Positions 62,128 through 64,000 of a DNA stretch of 64,000 bases are shown here, one piece after another. The translations under genes were made by a program, and so were the position numbers. Below the pieces are notes generated by a model that searched no databases, was not told where the DNA came from, and worked only from the letters and a program-made list of their open reading frames with translations. Position 1 is the stretch's first letter; each line of letters begins with the position of its first letter. The stretch lies in NCBI GenBank assembly GCA_963708185.1, contig OY970195.1:352001-416000 (forward strand), given 5' to 3'. The DNA is from Candidatus Peregrinibacteria bacterium. Lineage in GTDB: Bacteria > Patescibacteriota > Gracilibacteria > UBA1369.

Positions 62128-64000
62128 ATGTTTCAGCCGGTTGATCCGAAGCAGTCATTTCCGCGGATGGAAGAAAATATTCTGAAGTTCTGGGATGATC
62201 AGCAGATTTTTGAAAAATCAGTGGAAGCCAGAAGGGATAAGAAAAAGTTCGTTTTTTTTGACGGTCCTCCTTTCGCGAACGGACTTCCTCATTACGGGCA
62301 CATCATGGCGAACGCGCTGAAAGACGCCGTCACGCGTTACTGGACGATGAAAGGGTACTACGTGCCGAGAACAAACGGCTGGGACTGCCACGGCCTTCCG
62401 GTCGAATATGAAATCGAAAAAGAGCTCGGCTTGAGCGGGAAAAAGGATATCGAAAAAATGGGCGTGGAAGCGTTCAATTTGAAGTGTCGCGAAAGTGTTT
62501 TTCGCTACACCAAAGAATGGGAAGTCCTGTTGAAACGTATCGCCCGCTGGGTTGACTTCAAAGAAAGTTACGCCACGCTTGACAATACGTACATGGAATC
62601 CATCTGGTGGGTTTTCAGCCAGATATGGAAAAAAGAGATGGTCTATCTCGGGTATAAAAGTATGCATATTTGCCCGCGCTGCGAAACCCCGCTTTCAAAT
62701 TTTGAGGTCAGCCAGGGATATAAGGACGTGACGGATCTTTCCGTGACGGCGAAGTTCAAACTCGACGATGAGGACGCCACCATTCTGGCGTGGACTACGA
62801 CTCCCTGGACTCTCCCCGGAAACGTGGCGCTTTGTTTCGGTCCGAAGATCGAATATGTGAAAGTGGGCGTTAAATATGATGACGGAAAGGAAGAGGTGTA
62901 CATTGTGGCGAAAGATCGCGTGGAGGTGTTGTTCAAAGATATGAACTATAACGTCCTCGAAAAGGTCGATCCGAAGAAAATGGAAGGCCGCAAGTACGTT
63001 CCGCTTTTTGATTTTTATAAGGATGAGGTCGCCAAAAGCGCGACGGGGTACAGTGTTGTTCTCGATCCTTACGTTTCCACGGAGGAAGGAACGGGTATCG
63101 TCCACATTGCGCCGATGTTCGGTGAAGAGGACTATAACGTGGCGATGAAATACAAGTTGCCGTTGATCCAGCATGTTTCGATGGACGGTACGTTTAAGCC
63201 TGAAGTCACCAACTGGGTCGGGAAGTTTTCCAAAGGTCAGGACCAGAACATCGTCGAAGAGCTCAAGAAAAACGGTAAGGTTTTTTCCTCGATGAATATT
63301 CGTCACAGTTATCCTCATTGCTGGAGATGCGATACGCCTCTCCTCAACTATTCAACACGTTCTTTTTTCATCAAGGTGAGTGAGCTCAAGCCGCGTTTGC
63401 TCAAAAACAACAAAAAAATTCACTGGCAGCCCGAGCACATTCGTGACGGACGATTCGGCAAGTGGCTTGAAGGCGCCCGTGACTGGGCGGTTTCCCGCAA
63501 TCGTTTTTGGGGTTGTCCCATCCCGGTCTGGACGTGTGACGAAAACCATATGGTCTGTATTGCTTCAATCGAAGAACTCAAAGAACGTAGCGGCGGGAAA
63601 TTTCCGATGAGGGACGACGAACTTGACCTTCACAAGCCGTACATTGACGAGATTACCTTCGAGTGCGCCAACTGTGGAAAGAAAATGAAGAGAGTTCCGG
63701 ATGTTTTGGATTGCTGGTTTGAAAGCGGTTCAATGCCGTACGCCCAGCTCCATTATCCTTTTGAGAACAAACAGGAATTCGAAGATAATTTTCCGGCGAA
63801 CTTCATTGCCGAAGGTCTGGACCAGACCCGCGGCTGGTTTTACACGCTGCACGTTTTGGCCTCGATCCTTTTTGACAAACCTGCATTTAAGAACGTTATC
63901 GTGAACGGGATCCTTTTGGCCGCCGACGGCGAAAAACTTTCCAAGCGCAAGAAAAATTATCCCGATCCGAACGTTCTTTTTGATACGAAAGGTGTGGATT
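62128..64000 (+). CDS. ileS: Isoleucyl-tRNA synthetase type 2 (3' truncated by window; absent from the ORF track)
   Basis: Translated by hand: FDGPPFANGLPHYGH, GWDCHGLP, WTTTPWTL, DWAVSRNRFWG, AEGLDQTRGWFY, GEKLSKR; same frame at both ends. Confidence 0.96.
   Translation, partial: MFQPVDPKQSFPRMEENILKFWDDQQIFEKSVEARRDKKKFVFFDGPPFANGLPHYGHIMANALKDAVTRYWTMKGYYVPRTNGWDCHGLPVEYEIEKELGLSGKKDIEKMGVEAFNLKCRESVFRYTKEWEVLLKRIARWVDFKESYATLDNTYMESIWWVFSQIWKKEMVYLGYKSMHICPRCETPLSNFEVSQGYKDVTDLSVTAKFKLDDEDATILAWTTTPWTLPGNVALCFGPKIEYVKVGVKYDDGKEEVYIVAKDRVEVLFKDMNYNVLEKVDPKKMEGRKYVPLFDFYKDEVAKSATGYSVVLDPYVSTEEGTGIVHIAPMFGEEDYNVAMKYKLPLIQHVSMDGTFKPEVTNWVGKFSKGQDQNIVEELKKNGKVFSSMNIRHSYPHCWRCDTPLLNYSTRSFFIKVSELKPRLLKNNKKIHWQPEHIRDGRFGKWLEGARDWAVSRNRFWGCPIPVWTCDENHMVCIASIEELKERSGGKFPMRDDELDLHKPYIDEITFECANCGKKMKRVPDVLDCWFESGSMPYAQLHYPFENKQEFEDNFPANFIAEGLDQTRGWFYTLHVLASILFDKPAFKNVIVNGILLAADGEKLSKRKKNYPDPNVLFDTKGVD

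Overview
Core-genome segment of a Patescibacteria (CPR) bacterium, most likely Peregrinibacteria-like. This rests on CPR-type 16S primer-site variants, SLH proteins, a PrgI/TraC-like pair and late purine genes; TGA is used as a stop (genetic code 11). The window holds gyrB (partial), rpsU-prmC-prfA, nadB, tatD, radA, mutM, rimK, clpP, lepA, glyA, htrA, a Zn/Mg/Mn homeostasis cluster, purA/C/E/B, dcd, ileS (partial) and six tRNAs. The rRNA locus is split: about 4.2 kb with five protein genes and two tRNAs separates 16S from 23S-5S, and each part has its own promoter. The strongest unexplained signal concerns translation. Almost no gene has a Shine-Dalgarno (SD) sequence, and many have a TAACC-like element 12-17 nt upstream instead. 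The exceptions are rpsU, with a perfect 10-nt SD (suggesting Bacteroidia-like bS21 autoregulation), and two stand-alone small-ORF units at about 16.2-16.7 kb and 35.9-36.4 kb. In both units a long 5'/3' duplex with G-U pairs encloses the mRNA and the 3' UTR pairs with the SD; one unit also has an rRNA-type boxA. Other notable items are a tRNA-Ala-like minihelix, a 23S helix-45 intervening sequence, a CIRCE upstream of clpP, a tandem GGDEF-like orphan, a class III cyclase and a class II PurE. Five single-base frameshifts are probably sequencing errors. All calls are by-eye motif recognition; no database searches were run.
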